Shown one piece after another: positions 1-12,797 of a stretch of 64,000 nt of DNA. How positions within the stretch are numbered: position 1 is the stretch's first letter; each line of letters opens with the position of its first letter. The stretch is taken from assembly GCF_020745735.1 (NCBI RefSeq), contig NC_083413.1:32674001-32738000 (forward strand). The letters run 5' to 3'. The notes under the pieces were generated by a model that saw only the letters and a list, made by a program, of their open reading frames with translations, was not told where the DNA came from and ran no database searches. Made by a program: the position numbers and the translations under genes. Source of the DNA: Hemiscyllium ocellatum (taxonomy: Eukaryota).

Positions 1-639
1 GGTCTCTGGAGAAAATTGAACGCTTATGCGTTTTGTCACATGTACTCATATGAATACAGTGAAAAGTTTGCAAGTTGCCACTTATGGTGTCATCTTAGGT
101 ACAAGACTACCTCGGCACAGAAATTGCCTGCCCTCGGAACCTGTTCAATGTGATTTCCTTAACAATATATTGGTTGAGGTCAGCTGTAATGAAATCTTTT
201 GAGATCCACAGTGGTGTCAGTTAGTGTGGCGGGGGGGGGGGGGGGGGGTGGTTCTGGCATTTTCATAGATTCATGCAGCGTGGAAAAGGCCTCGGGCCCA
301 TCAAGTCTGCCCAGCATAACTACCACCAAAAATGCACTAATCCCAATTTTCTGCACTTGTCCCGTATTCCTCTCATTGCTGCTGTCACATTACTTCTGGT
401 AATCCACAGAGGCTGTCCGGTTGCAAACAGAAAGTGGGTCACCTAAAATCCAATACAAAAGAGTGCCAAGTCCTCATCAGAGATTTATTCTACATTCATG
501 ATGCCACATGAATATTCCATACAGGCAGGAAGAATGGCATACTTGGTCATGCCTGTAAAGTGTTTGGCTTGAACATTAGCACTGAGATGACAAATGCCAC
601 ATTCCAGCATGTTGTCATACTACCATCTATTAGTACTGA

Positions 640-1400
640 TAACATGATACTTGGAGGTTGCTGATAACGTCACACATCCAGGCTCCACGATCATCAGGGT
701 AGCATGTGATGTGGAAGTCAACACATGCATATCGCAAGCTAGAGTTGTTAGATCTAAGCTGAGTGACAGACACAGAAACAACAGCAACCTGACTTAGAAT
801 ACTAAACTGACAGTTTACCAAGTCCGAATCCTCAAAGCAATCCTTTGCAGCAGAAAGGCCCAGGCGACATATGATAGGTAGGGGAAAATACTTAATAGCT
901 TCTACCTTCTCTGACTCAGGTGTATCTTCAGTACTATAATTACTCCGAGATCCTAAACTGTGCTAATTATACCAGTACACACTCATTGCCAAGTCAATTA
1001 CACCTGCATTAGCTTGGCCGTGTTCACCAGATGGATGATGGTTGTATATCCAAAGATTTTGTGTATAACTGACCAGTGGATCCACAACCTCCTGGGTGTC
1101 AATGTCTCTGCTGCATTGACTTCTGCAAGAGAGAATGAAGTTTGTGAATATTGATGCTAACAACATTGATTGCTTTGACATCTGGAAGCTGACTGTTTGC
1201 AAGGATACTCGAAGAGGTGAGTAGAAATTTAAAAATCTCAACTGGCAGAGAATAGAGCACGAGAAAACAGAGTCTAGTGAATTCTTCACCTTCTCTGCCA
1301 CTGTTTTCCACTGCAGCAAAATGGCATGCCAGAATGGGGCTTCTAAACCACACTAGACAATACTTAATGAATAGCTAACCATCACAGCACAAACTGTAAT
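640..1400 (+). mobile_element. Degraded RTE-clade LINE 3' fragment
   Basis: Remnants of TKLTVYQ and LNSFYLLxLRCI, plus C-terminal Cys...RMGLLNHTR, matching the RTE SRIGLxSHxR motif. Confidence 0.65.
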
Positions 1401-1683
1401 CTACAAGAAGAAAACTGCCAGGTCAATTAGTCAGTATACCACAATTGGCCTCAATGACCCCTTTTCAGGGAGGTAAAAAGGCTGCTGCTGAATGTCCAGG
1501 TAGAACGTACTGATGCAGATAACATGAACATTGGTTCTAACCAAAAAGAGAGAGATCACAATCTGCAATGCATGAAATAATCAAAATCTACATTGGATTA
1601 CTGTTTCACTGTTTGAATAGCCTTACGAGATTTTATAGGCATAAAATATCTTGAATTAAGTTTGAGTCCCTTTTTTTAACAAC

Positions 1684-1845
1684 CTGAATCTCTTCCTGTA
1701 GCTTATTCTCCTCATCAGCACATTTCTTTTGTGTCTGGAAGATCTGCAGTTCTGCATTTTTTTTCATGTACTTTCCTTCCATGGCAGTCTTTGCCTTCAT
1801 CTCTTGCAACTGGTCTTTTAGGTGGGCGATCATTTCATTTTTTTG
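1684..1845 (-). CDS. IQCG: IQCG coding exon, QKNEMIAHLKDQLQEMKAKTAMEGKYMKKNAELQIFQTQKKCADEENKLQEEIQ; gene continues beyond the left edge (IQ motif exon not seen in window)
   Basis: Highly conserved IAxLKDQLQEMKAK...ELQIxQTQKKC motif. CACAG acceptor, CAG|GT donor, 162 nt (phase 0 to 0). Confidence 0.93.
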
Positions 1846-2192
1846 CTGTGCAATCACAAAAAAAAGACAGTTCAGCAGCTGCAATTGCCTTACTTCCCTG
1901 CAATTATTAAGTGTTGTGCATGGTCCTGAGTACATATGATTACATTTACATTTTCTTTCAACTAGCTTATACCTATAATAATAGTAGGTCTGTGTCTGAA
2001 AATTTATTTCAAGTTTGAATTCAAGTCTAAATTTTTATCCTTTTACATTTGGATATTATTCAGATTAAAACTGCAGAGAACAAAACTCTGTCTTCCCATT
2101 TTAACACTAATGCAGTTATCCTTCATCCCTTTTCTCATTGGTCAAGTTGTTGTTGCAAATGTTATAATATTCTGCCTTTGTCACTCATTTCA

Positions 2193-3990
2193 TAGAGTCA
2201 TACGGCATGGAAACAGACCCTTCGGTATAATCAGTGCATACTGACCATGATCCCAAACAGTTCCAGCTGCTTCCACTTGGTCTACTTCCCTGCAAATACT
2301 TCTTATTTATCTAAATATCTTTTAAATGTTCTAACTGTACTTGCATCCACCACTTCCTCTGGAAGTTCATTGCACACACGAACCACATAAAGTTGCCCCT
2401 CATGGCGTTTTTAAAATGTATCTCCTTTCACATCAAAAATATGCCCCTTAGTCTTTAAATCCTCACCCTAGGGAAAATATACCTGCCATTCACCTGATCT
2501 ATACCCCTCATGATTTTGGAAACCTTTATATGGTCACCCCTCAACCTTCTACGCTCCAGTGAAAAAAGTCCCAGCTTATCCAGCATCTCCTGAAAATTAA
2601 AACCCTCTCTTCCTGGCAACATCCTGATAAATCTTTCTGAACCCGCTCCAACTTAATGATATCCTTTCTATAATAGGACAATCAGAACTGGACTAACCAG
2701 AACAGGCTTCACCAATGTACTGCACAACCTCAACATGACATCCCAACTCCTCTATTCAAAGGTCTGAGCAATAAAGGCAAGTGTGCCTTCTTAACCACTT
2801 TGTCTACATGCGACAAAAAGTTCAAGGAATTACGGACCTGAAACCTTGAGTCTCTCTGTTCTACAACACTACCCAAGGCCTCCCTTTCTTTGTTTTACCA
2901 AAATGCTAGACCTCACATTTATCCAAATTAAACTCCATCTGCCACTCCGCAATCCATTGATCCAATGTATCGAGCTCTCTTTGTAAGCTTAAATAATCTC
3001 CTTCACTGTCCAATCCACCATCAATTTTGGTGTCATCCACAAACTTACCAACTATGCCTTTGATATTTCTCATTGAAATCAGCACCAATGGAACATTGCT
3101 GGAAACAGTCCTCCAGTCCAAAAAAACAACTCTCCAACAGCACTCCGTTTCCTGCCGTTAAGCCAATTTTGTATCCACCCTGAATCCCATATGATCTGAC
3201 TTTATTAATTAGTGTGGAACTTGTCTCAGGCTTTACTGGAGTCCAAGAAAACAATGTTTATCACTCTGCACTCATCAATGTTTTTGGTTACTTCCTCAAA
3301 AACTCAATCACGTTTATGAGATATAAGTTTCCTCGCACATGCTGGCTATCGTTAATCTTTCCTTACCTCTCCAAATGCATATAAATCCTATCTTTCAGAA
3401 TCACCTTCAACAGCTTACCCACCGCTAAGTCAGACTCACAGGTCTGTAGTTCCCGTGCTTCTCCTTATATCCCTTCTTAAACAAAGGCACAACATTTGCC
3501 ACTGTCCAGTCATCTGGCACTAACCCGTAGTTATAAATGATACAAATATTTTTGCAAGGGGCCCCACAATTACAGCCACAGAGATGTACGGAATGGAAAC
3601 GGACCCATCTATCAAACACATCTGTGCCAAGCAGATATCCTAAATAAATCTAATCCCTTTTTCCAGCATTTGGCCCATATCCCTCTAAATCCTTCCTTTT
3701 CATATACCCATCCAGGTGCCTTTTAAATGATGTCATTGTACCAGCCTGCACCACTTCCTCTGGCAGCTCATTCTGTACACTCCCCTTCTACATGAAAAGG
3801 TTGCCCCTTAGGTCGCTTTTAAATCTATCCACTCTCACCTTAAACCCATGTCCTGTAGTTTTGGACTCTGCTACCCTGGGAAAAAGAACTTGTCCATTTA
3901 CCCTATCCATGCCGCTCATGTTATAAACCTCTATAAGATTACCCCTCAGCCTCCAAGACTCCCGAACTTCCCACAACATCCTCATAGGTG
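2193..3990 (-). mobile_element. Two degraded CR1 (HER1-type) LINE 3' fragments
   Basis: KFVDDTKI, WQMEFNLDKCEV, DWTVANVVPLFKKG..GNYRPVSLT and RLRGNLIEVY motifs. Confidence 0.85.
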
Positions 3991-5425
3991 AGCATTTTAA
4001 GATCCTGAAGTTGCTGCTGTCTGGAACTATTCCAAAAGATCGTCCTGCTTCCAGATCAGTGTAATTTATGACACTTCACCCCCTAGTCCTTAGAGGAAAT
4101 CAGTACTGAAACTTTCACAAGTGTATATTTATTATATTTCACTCTGTGAAGTTACAGCACGATTCTTTACCCACTGTTAAGTTTCTAAACAACAGGCTTT
4201 TGAAGAATTTGGTAGATAAATTTATTAAAGCAGCTCAATAGAGACTCAGCTTGATTCATGGAGAAAGGCAGTGCCACAGAATGTTACCTATGTAACCTGT
4301 GTGATATTCTTCATTGATGTGAATAAATGAAGCCATGCAAGTAACAGTCAATAATGCTGCTTTCTCACAGAGTAATAAATTATGTTTGCATAGTGCGAAG
4401 ACAAACAAATGTCTCTCCCTTTTTCTCCAACTTTATATAAATATCTGATCTTCAACTAAGAAATTGCTGAAACAATTAAGAACAAGGAATTGATTGTAAA
4501 GTATTATACATAATAAATTCCACATTTCCTTAATTTAAGTTGAAAAACATCTAATTATCTTGTTAATTTATAAAAACATTGTAAAAGCTTTTCTTAGCTG
4601 TATTTACAAAGGGTCATAAATTACACAGAATAAACAGCACAGAAACTGTCTGTTTGGTCTAACTAAATGCCAGAGTCAGTATTCTATCTTATCCCATTCC
4701 GTTTCACCTAACCCAATCAGCATATTGTTCTGTTCCTTCCTCCTCTGATTATATCGTTAGCTCAAGTATTCAACCTATGTATATACACACGCGTATATGC
4801 ACATGCACACACACTCTTATGCACATCCCACTCCACCCTTCATGCCTGTTCGCCATTCCATACGATCATGGCTGATCTGATGCTAACTTCAAGTGTACGT
4901 TCCTACATAACTGTGATAATTTTTCAACTCTAGTGCAGAAGTTCAGTCTTTTCTAATACCGTATTCTTTGAAACATGTTTGTGCCTTTCCATTGCCTAGA
5001 ACTATGCACAGTAACTAAGTGTGGTCTAACTAAGTTTGTATAAAGGTGGTATCACAACACTCCTGCTTTCAGATTCTAGCTGCCTTGAAATGACACCCAT
5101 TCATTGCTTTGTATGTGCTGCTGAAGGCTTTATTAATATGTTTCTAATTATAACAATTTGTGCATCTGTGATCCTAGATCCTTTATTTCTCTTTCTTATT
5201 TACAATTCTTATTATGTAGATAGCCAACTTATTTGTCTATTCAGGACTCACCAACTTAGACTTAGCAACACTGAAGTTAACTTGTCAATTACACAATAGC
5301 CATTTTGCAAGCTTTAGTCATATTTTCTTGTATTTTTAGAGCAGTAAGATTGTGCTATTTTCTGATTGTGCAGATTAAAGTGCAGAGATGGTTTTTAGTG
5401 GAGTGATATTCTCTACCTGTTCAAA

Positions 5426-5747
5426 TTAGATTAGATTAGATTAGATTCCTTACAGTGTGGAAACAGGCCCTTCGGCCCAACAAGTCCACACCGACCCACC
5501 GAAGCGCAACCCACCCATACCCCTACATTTACTCCTTACCTAACACTACAGGCAATTTAGCATGACCAATTCACCTGACCCGCACATCTTTGGACTGTGG
5601 GAGGAAACCAGAGCACCCGGAGGAAACCCACGCAGACACGGGGAGAACGTGCAAACTCCACACAGTCAGTCGCCTGAGACGGGAATTGAACCTGGGTCTC
5701 TGGCGCTCTGAGGCAGCAGTGCTAACCACTGTGCCACCGTGCCGCCC
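5426..5747 (-). mobile_element. HE1-type tRNA-derived SINE, full length, young
   Basis: Head GGGCGGCACGGTGGCACAGTGGTTAGCACT, B box GGTTCAATTCC, CR1-like 3' end and (AATCT)n tail. Confidence 0.9.
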
Positions 5748-6698
5748 ACATGTGGAAGATTAGGAAGAATTTCAATGTTTTTCATGATTATGTCTTCAGG
5801 AAATGTATTTGATTGCGAATCCTATTGGATCACATGGATTGGTTGGACTGGCAGATAGAGACTACGAGGAATCTACAGGAACTTGAGGGTATGATGGATG
5901 GTAGTTTCAGGAAGGTAGAAAAACTGCAGATGGTCTTGGAGGTGGACAACCTCCAGGAAGGAAAAGAGAGGTAAGCAGGTAATGCAGGAGTCTTCTGTGG
6001 CTATACCCATCTCAAGCTGTTTTGGAAACATGTAGGTGGGAGGAAGAAGGGGATAAGTTGGGGGCAGGGGGAAACGCTGGTGCGGATGCCAAAGAGATAA
6101 ATGATAAAAGAGATCAGTTTGACACCGGTATAGTTGAGAAGAGGAGCAAATCAAATAGTTAATCGGGTGAAAACAAGGCAAAGAATGAGATCAGAATGAT
6201 TAATGAAATTTAATTTAATTTATTTCAGTGCAAGAGACTCACAGATAAGGTACATGAATTCAGCATGGTTGGGAACATGGGACTGGAATGTCATAGCTAT
6301 CACAGAGATGTGGTTCATGGATAAACATAATGTTCCAGAGTGTAGATGCGAATGGAAGAATAGAAAGGGGAGCCAGTGAGAAGGAGGAGTGGCGTTTTTG
6401 ACTAGGGATACCATTACAGCTGTACTTAGGGAGACTATTCCTGGCAATAAGTACAGTGACGATATTTGGTTAGAACTGAAAAATAAGAAAGGGATGATCA
6501 TCTTATTGGGATTGTAGTATGGACCACCCAACCACCACCAATAGTCAGCTGGAAATAGAGAAGCAAACTATTAAAGAAATCTCAGATGTCTGTAAAATTG
6601 ATAGGGTTGTAATGGTAGGAGATTTTAACTTTCCAAACGTGAACTGGGACTGCCATAGTCTTAAGGGCTAAGATGGAGATGAATTTGTCAAGTGTGTA

Positions 6699-7312
6699 CA
6701 GGTAGTTCTGGGATTACTTGTGTTTTGGCAGTGCAATTTGGCTATAATATTGCTGAAGAGTTAGGGAATGATATTTTTGATAACGCTCACCTCTGTTCGC
6801 AATAGCACAATTCCAGTGGAGTTTGGTTCGTGCACTTTGTTCTGCGCAAGCGCCAATGTCCGCACCATTGGACACATGTGCAATGTTGGCACTGGTGTTT
6901 GTACTATCCTGTGCATGCACTGATGTCTGCACTGAGGTCTCCCTGCTGTTCCGCACATGTGCAATGTCAGCACTAGCTTTAGTGCTGTACCACATATGTG
7001 TCTATGTGAGCTGCTGACACTGCAGCTTTCAGTGAGCGATATTGTACAGAGAGCAGCTTTCGTACATTTTTTAAATGTACTATGTTAAACTTACTTTTGG
7101 TTCATTAATAAATATCAATTCAATTACCAGTCAGGCTGTGCTGTACTTTGTGTTAGACTTTTGCGTGATTTTTGAGCGATCGTGAGTGATATTTGTTGTT
7201 GGTCTGCCCCAACCCCACTTTTCCCATTGGCCCCATTATTTCCATGAACTGATTTTCTATGAAGTGAGGTTTTGCTGTAACGCAGCTACGGCACTATAGG
7301 AGAACAACCCTG
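6699..7312. mobile_element. Non-autonomous Tc1/mariner-type (Tigger/pogo-like) element with TA TSD, inside CR1
   Basis: TA|CAGGTAGTTCT ... AGAACAACCCTG|TA. The CR1 sequence AAGTGTGTA^CAAGAAAAT is rejoined on removal. Internal imperfect tandem repeats. Confidence 0.75.
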
Positions 7313-7551
7313 TACAAGAAAATTTTCTTATTCAGTATGTGGATGAACGTGCCAGAGAAAGAGCAAACCTTCCCTTGGGAAATAAGATAGGGCAAGTGAC
7401 TGAACTGTTAGGAGGGAGCACCTTGGGGCCAGTGATCATAATTCTGTTAGTTTTCAAGTAATTATAGAAAAGAATAGACCTGATCTAAAAGTTGAAGTTC
7501 TAAATTGAAGTAAGGCCAAATTTAGTGGTATTAGGCAAGAACTTTAAATAG

Positions 7552-7763
7552 TCTAGATGAGAGTGGTGCTGGAAAAGCACAGCAGGTCAGGCAACATCCA
7601 AGGAGCAGAAAAATCAACGTTTCGGGCAAAAGCCCTCCTGATAAAGGACTTTTACCCGAAACATCGATTTTCCTGCTCCTCTGCTGCCTGACCTGCTGTG
7701 CTTTTCCAGCAACACTCTAATCTCAACTCTGATCTCCAGCATCTGCAGTCCTCACTTTTGCCG
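7552..7763. mobile_element. Foldback mini-element of two inverted family A terminal repeats plus tail
   Basis: 7552-7636 is inverted relative to 7645-7726. 15-bp TSD AAGAACTTTAAATAG at 7537-7551 and 7764-7778. Confidence 0.85.
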
Positions 7764-9859
7764 AAGAACTTTAAATAGCTGATTGGGAGAGGCTACACAG
7801 AAGAAAGTGTGTTTGAAAATTGGGAGGTCTTCAAAAATGAGAAAATGAGAGTCCAGAGACAGTACGTTCCTATTAGTCTGAAGGGCTAGGCTGGTAAGTG
7901 TAGGAGATGCTGGGTGACAAGAGAAATTGAGGCTCTGTTAAGAAAAAGGAGGCATTTGACCGGTATAGACAGCTGAAATCGAGTGAATCCCTCAAGGAGT
8001 ATAAGGGCAATAGGAGTATACTCAAGGGAAATCAGGAGGGCAGAAAGGGACATGAGCTAGTTTTGGTTAGTAGGGTTAAGAAGAATCCAAAGGGATTCTA
8101 CTAATACATTAAGGTCAAAAGAGTAACTGGGGAGAGAATAGGGTCCCTTAAAGATCAACAAGGCTGTCTATGAGTAACACAGGAGATGGGTGAGATACTA
8201 AATGAGTATTTCACCTCAACAGTTACTGTGGAGAAGGATATGTGAGGAAGCTAGGGAACTTGGAGAAATAAATAGTGAAATCTTGAACATTGTCCATATT
8301 ACAGATGAGCAGGTCTTGGACATCTTAAAACGCATAAAGGTGGATAAATCCCTCGGACCTAATCAGGTGTATCCTAGAATTTTGTGGGAAGCTAGGGAAA
8401 TGACTGCTGGGCCACTTGCTGAGATATCTGTGCTATCGATAACCATGGGTGATGTGCTGAAAGACGAACAGTGGCTACAGTGCTGCTACTACTTCAGAAA
8501 GTAACAAAAGCCAGTAAGCCTGACATCAGCGGTGAGTACATTGCTGGAGGGGATCCTGGGGGGCAAGATCTACATGTTTTTGAAATGGCAGCAACTGATT
8601 AGGGATTGTCAATACGGCTTTGTATGTGGGAATTCATGACTCACTAATTTGATTGTCATTTCTTCAAAAAAATCTCAAATACGATTGGTGAAGGCAGAGC
8701 AGAAGACTTTGGCTAAATGGACTTCAGCAAAATGTTCAACAAGGTTACACCTGGTAGACAGTTAGCAAGTTCAGATCACATGGAATCTAGGGAAAGCTGG
8801 CTGTTTTAACACAAAATTGGCTTGAAACTAGGAGATAAATGGCGATAGTGAAGGATTGCTTTTCAAATTGGAGGCCTGTGACCAATGCATGCTACAAGGA
8901 TCAGTGCTGGGTCCACTGCTTTTTGCCATTTATATAAATGATTTGGATGTGTATTTTGATGAATGGTTAGCAAGTTTGCAGATAACACTAAAACTGGTGG
9001 TGATGTGGACAGTGAAGAAGGTTAACTTATTACACAATGGACCAAGGAATGGTAGATGGAGTTAAATTTTGATAAATGTGCTGTGTTGCATTTTGGTAAG
9101 GCAAATCAGGATAGGATTTATACACTACACACAGAGTTGTGGGGAATGGTACCAAATAAAGAGACCGAGGGGTGCAAGTTCATATTCCCTGAAAGTGGAG
9201 TCATGGGTAGACAGGGTTATGAAGAAGGGATTTGGTACACTTGCCTTTATTGGTCAGTGCACCAAGTATAGGAGATGGGATGTCATGTTGCAGCTGTACA
9301 GGACATTGAGAGGGAGAGGTTGAATAGGCTTGGACTGTTTTCCCTGGAGTGTCAGAGGCTTATAAAAGTTTATAAAATTATGAGAAGCATGGACAAGGTG
9401 AATAGCCAAGGTCTTTTTCCAAGGGTAGAGGGAGTCAAAAACTAGAGGGCATATGTATAAAATGAGAGGGGATAGATATAAAAGGAACCTAAGGGGCAAC
9501 TATTTTCTCTAAGGGTATGTAATGAGCTGTCAGAGGAAGTGGTGGACAGTGGTAGAATAAGAACATTTAAAGGATATCCAGATGGGTGCATGAACAGGAA
9601 GGGTTTAGAGGGAAATGGGCCAACTTCTGACAAATGGGACTACATCAATTTAGAATATCTGGTCGGCACGCCCAAAGGGTGTGTTTCCATGCTGTATAGC
9701 TCTATGATTCTAATCAGTCTCAGTCCCCTCAAGTATGTACTATAATCACACTATCCCCCCAGTTTGGTGAAATCCACTAATTTTGAAACGTTACTCCTAA
9801 TTCTCAAACAGAATTCCATAGCATAGAATATTGACATCTGATAACAAAAAGCTTAAAAC

Positions 9860-9941
9860 CTGCTGATCAGCCTCTCTTTCTTTTTGTAAATTTTGTAGCT
9901 GTTTTTTCAGAATTTTAATTTTTCTTCTGCCTTCTTCTTCT
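9860..9941 (-). CDS. IQCG: IQCG coding exon, EEEGRRKIKILKKQLQNLQKEREADQQ
   Basis: TTTCACAG acceptor, CAG|GTTTTA donor, 82 nt (phase 2 to 0). Similar to IQCG REEKGRKQIISLQKQL coiled coil. Confidence 0.88.
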
Positions 9942-10041
9942 CTGTGAAATGTTGAAAAAGAAGTCTAAGTAAAATGGTAAGATGTACCAGTGTTTATTAT
10001 TAGCTCCAAAAAGCTCTATTAACTGATGAACAAATACAATA

Positions 10042-10272
10042 CAGTCAGTTCTTCTGTAATGTGATGGTTGTGTTCTGAGTTTTTTGAAGTGACAATCGAG
10101 TCCGTGTTATAGAAAAATCGTACTTTAGAACAGAGTTCAAAGTGTTGGCGATGTAATTGCATTACAGCCAACACAAGTTTTAAAAGTTTGTGCCATAGAA
10201 ACAGTGTTAATTTGTTAATCATGTTACAGCGAATTCATGTTGACGAAACACGCATTATAATAGAATGGCCTG
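10042..10272. mobile_element. MITE, TA-flanked
   Basis: TA|CAGTCAGTTCTTCTGTAATG ... CATTATAATAGAATGGCCTG|TA imperfect terminal inverted repeats (TIRs). Confidence 0.7.
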
Positions 10273-11061
10273 TACAGGCTATAACTTTTGGAATTAAGCT
10301 TGCGACTGTTGCAATTAGAATTGAGTGAAGATCCAAATTTGGTCAGTTTTTATTTTGCATAGCTAGATCCAAGTAAATTTTGAATTTTTCGTGGGCCTTT
10401 AGCTGCTTTTGAAATGATCCAAAAGCCCATATCTCCCTCTTCAAGCTTAACCCAAAATCAGAACTATGAGTGAGACATTCATTCAAGACATGCTTATATT
10501 TGTTAAATGTTAAATTATTTATCAGTTGATTTAATGTTATAACATTGTAACTAGCAAACATTTTTCAAATTTCCTTCATCATAAGATTCCATTTTCATCC
10601 TTTAGGTTCTATTTGCAGGGAGTCTCTTTGGTAGCAATAGATGATTTGAAAAAAGGCTATGTATAGAGTACACAAAAGTGACCAGACAAATGCAGCGTAA
10701 ATACACAATTTTCACCCAGTGGTGCTAAATTAGAATACCAACTTTCACTGTCGATCCTTGTCCATTTCCTTTAAGATCAGTAAAATAAAACAATGACCGG
10801 TGGATGCTGGAAATCTGAAACAATTGCTAGAGAAACTCAGAAGGTCTGCAACATCTATGGGGAGAAAACAGTTAACACTTCAATTCCAAATCAGATGAAG
10901 ACTCACTGAACTTAATTTTGTTTTCTCTTCACCAATACTGCTAGACCTCCTGAGTTTCTCCAGCAATTTTTATCCTTTCAAGATCAATATTGTCAATTGA
11001 CATCTGAACCAGTAAATGAGGCACTGTTCTGAGGAAGATATATGTAGAACTTCATGTATAT

Positions 11062-12071
11062 TGTTACAAAGCTCATGTAGAGTACTCATGAAGCAGAAGA
11101 CAGAAAGCGTGAGTTTGTTTAAATGATCGGAGGACAGAATTGTGGTCCCTTTAAGAGATAAAGTGCTTTTCAAAACTTGGGCATTTAAATAAGATGTCTG
11201 CAAGCAGCTATAGATGCACAGACAATTCTAAAATGGAAACATGTAACAATCAGCTGCGTAATTAGAAAACCTTAGGCTTGTTTTGTTATTTTGATAACTC
11301 ACTTGAATCAGCCAATTAATTTAAATCAAGCCCTTAGACACTGAAAACCTATCACATTTAAATCTGATGATTTTGACTACCCGAACCAATCTGATTGAAA
11401 ATAAATTAATAGGTCATCCAGGATATAAAAGATGTAGGCATTTTGAAAATTTAGGGAACACTAACTGCCAACTGAAGTGAGAGCACACCAGCTATCTGAA
11501 GAAAAATATCTCGCTCTTATAGAAATCTATACACTCTCTAAAAGGCACCATCTATTCATCTATTCATAGATAATATTGCTAACATGAGAATTCAGCTGAG
11601 AGAAGCATTCAGAACGGAAGAAATTACAAAGGAAACATGGCTGACAGCAGAATTAGCAGAAGAAAACTGGAGAGGCAGTGTAGCATTTCAGAAGACACAC
11701 TCTGTATCAACTTTGAGAGACTACATTTTAATTTATTGCTTTGTTATATTAGTGGGACTGGTATTTATTAGAACAGCATCCAATTAAAATCTTGTTTTAT
11801 TTAGGAATAAGTAGTTAAAGAGGATTTGTTCACTTTGTTAGTTATTCTGTTAATTTGTTCACTGTTTGAGCTAGATAAATAAATTGTTAAGAGTTGATTG
11901 TAGAGTGAGTAAAAGGATTTCATTACATTTAACCATTCCTTTATAACAGATTAGAGGTGAGAGGTAGGTTATACCACTTGTCATATTACTTTATCAGATT
12001 ATGAGGTGAAGCAGGCTTCTCTGGGTGTTTGTTTTAATTGACAAAGGGGTGTTGACCTCTGCTTCATAACA
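11062..12071 (+). mobile_element. Probable solo LTR (Gypsy-like)
   Basis: TGTTACAAAGC ... GCTTCATAACA inverted termini (9/11), 4-bp flanks ATAT/ATAC, CCAAT boxes, TATAAAA at 11424-11430, AATAAA at 11878-11883. Confidence 0.6.
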
Positions 12072-12668
12072 ATACATATAGAGAGAATTTTAAACAATTT
12101 GAACCTACAATCAAATTAATCATCTCATAAAACTAGCAAAAGATTTAAGAGTTCTGCAATTCTTAACTGTCTGAACTACTCAGCCAACTATAGCAATAAA
12201 GGTTATGGGAAGCAACAGCAATTCATTTGAACAAGGGATATTAGGTGATAAATCTTTGTAGTTAAGTTTTATGATCAAATTTGATTTTAAACCAACATTT
12301 ACCGATGGATTTTGTACTCATTTACACAATTTACGTGTTTGTTTTCTTTCTATGGCAAAGAATGATGCAAAGTGAGAAAACTACAGCTGAGCAGCGCTGG
12401 TTTTAAGCACATATAATTGAAATAATCACCAATGTATCAGCTGGCGGCACGGTCTGCAACACTCCCACCCCAATAATCTACATAGAGTGCTTAGTGACAT
12501 TTGAGCAGATAATTGGCCTACAATTTCTAACTGCAAGAAAAGAGGAGTGTGGCTAATCCAGTATATTGCCTGTGATCTATTGAATTAGATCAGCTAGGTA
12601 TAGATCACATAATTTGGTCACTAAATATGTTGTCCACTCTAATAAATTGTAAGAGTATCAAAACTAAC

Positions 12669-12797
12669 CTGATGATAATATTTTGGGTGTCAATTTTTTT
12701 GTTCTTCTCATTTTCGACAACGTTCAGTAGAGAAATAAATGTTCCAGAATTATTTAGCTCCTGCAAGGTGTTACTTATCACTTCCAAAGCAAATTGC
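12669..12797 (-). CDS. IQCG: IQCG coding exon, QFALEVISNTLQELNNSGTFISLLNVVENEKNKKIDTQNIII(R)
   Basis: TAG acceptor, AG|GTTAGT donor, 129 nt (phase 2 to 2). Similar to IQCG QFFSDVIADTIKELQDSATYNSLL. Confidence 0.9.

Larger units (their letters stand above)
5790..9710 (+). mobile_element. Long degraded CR1 LINE (APE + RT), interrupted by a MITE and a PLE foldback
   Basis: IAITExW, GDFNFP, DKSLGPNQVYPRILWEARE and QGSVLGPLLFAIYINDLD motifs, and a 3' tail CTCTATGATTCT. Confidence 0.85.

Noticed and set aside
6714-7017. Overlapping ORFs with repeated AHV motifs
   Set aside because: They arise from internal tandem repeats of a non-autonomous DNA element; there is no recognisable domain or splice context.
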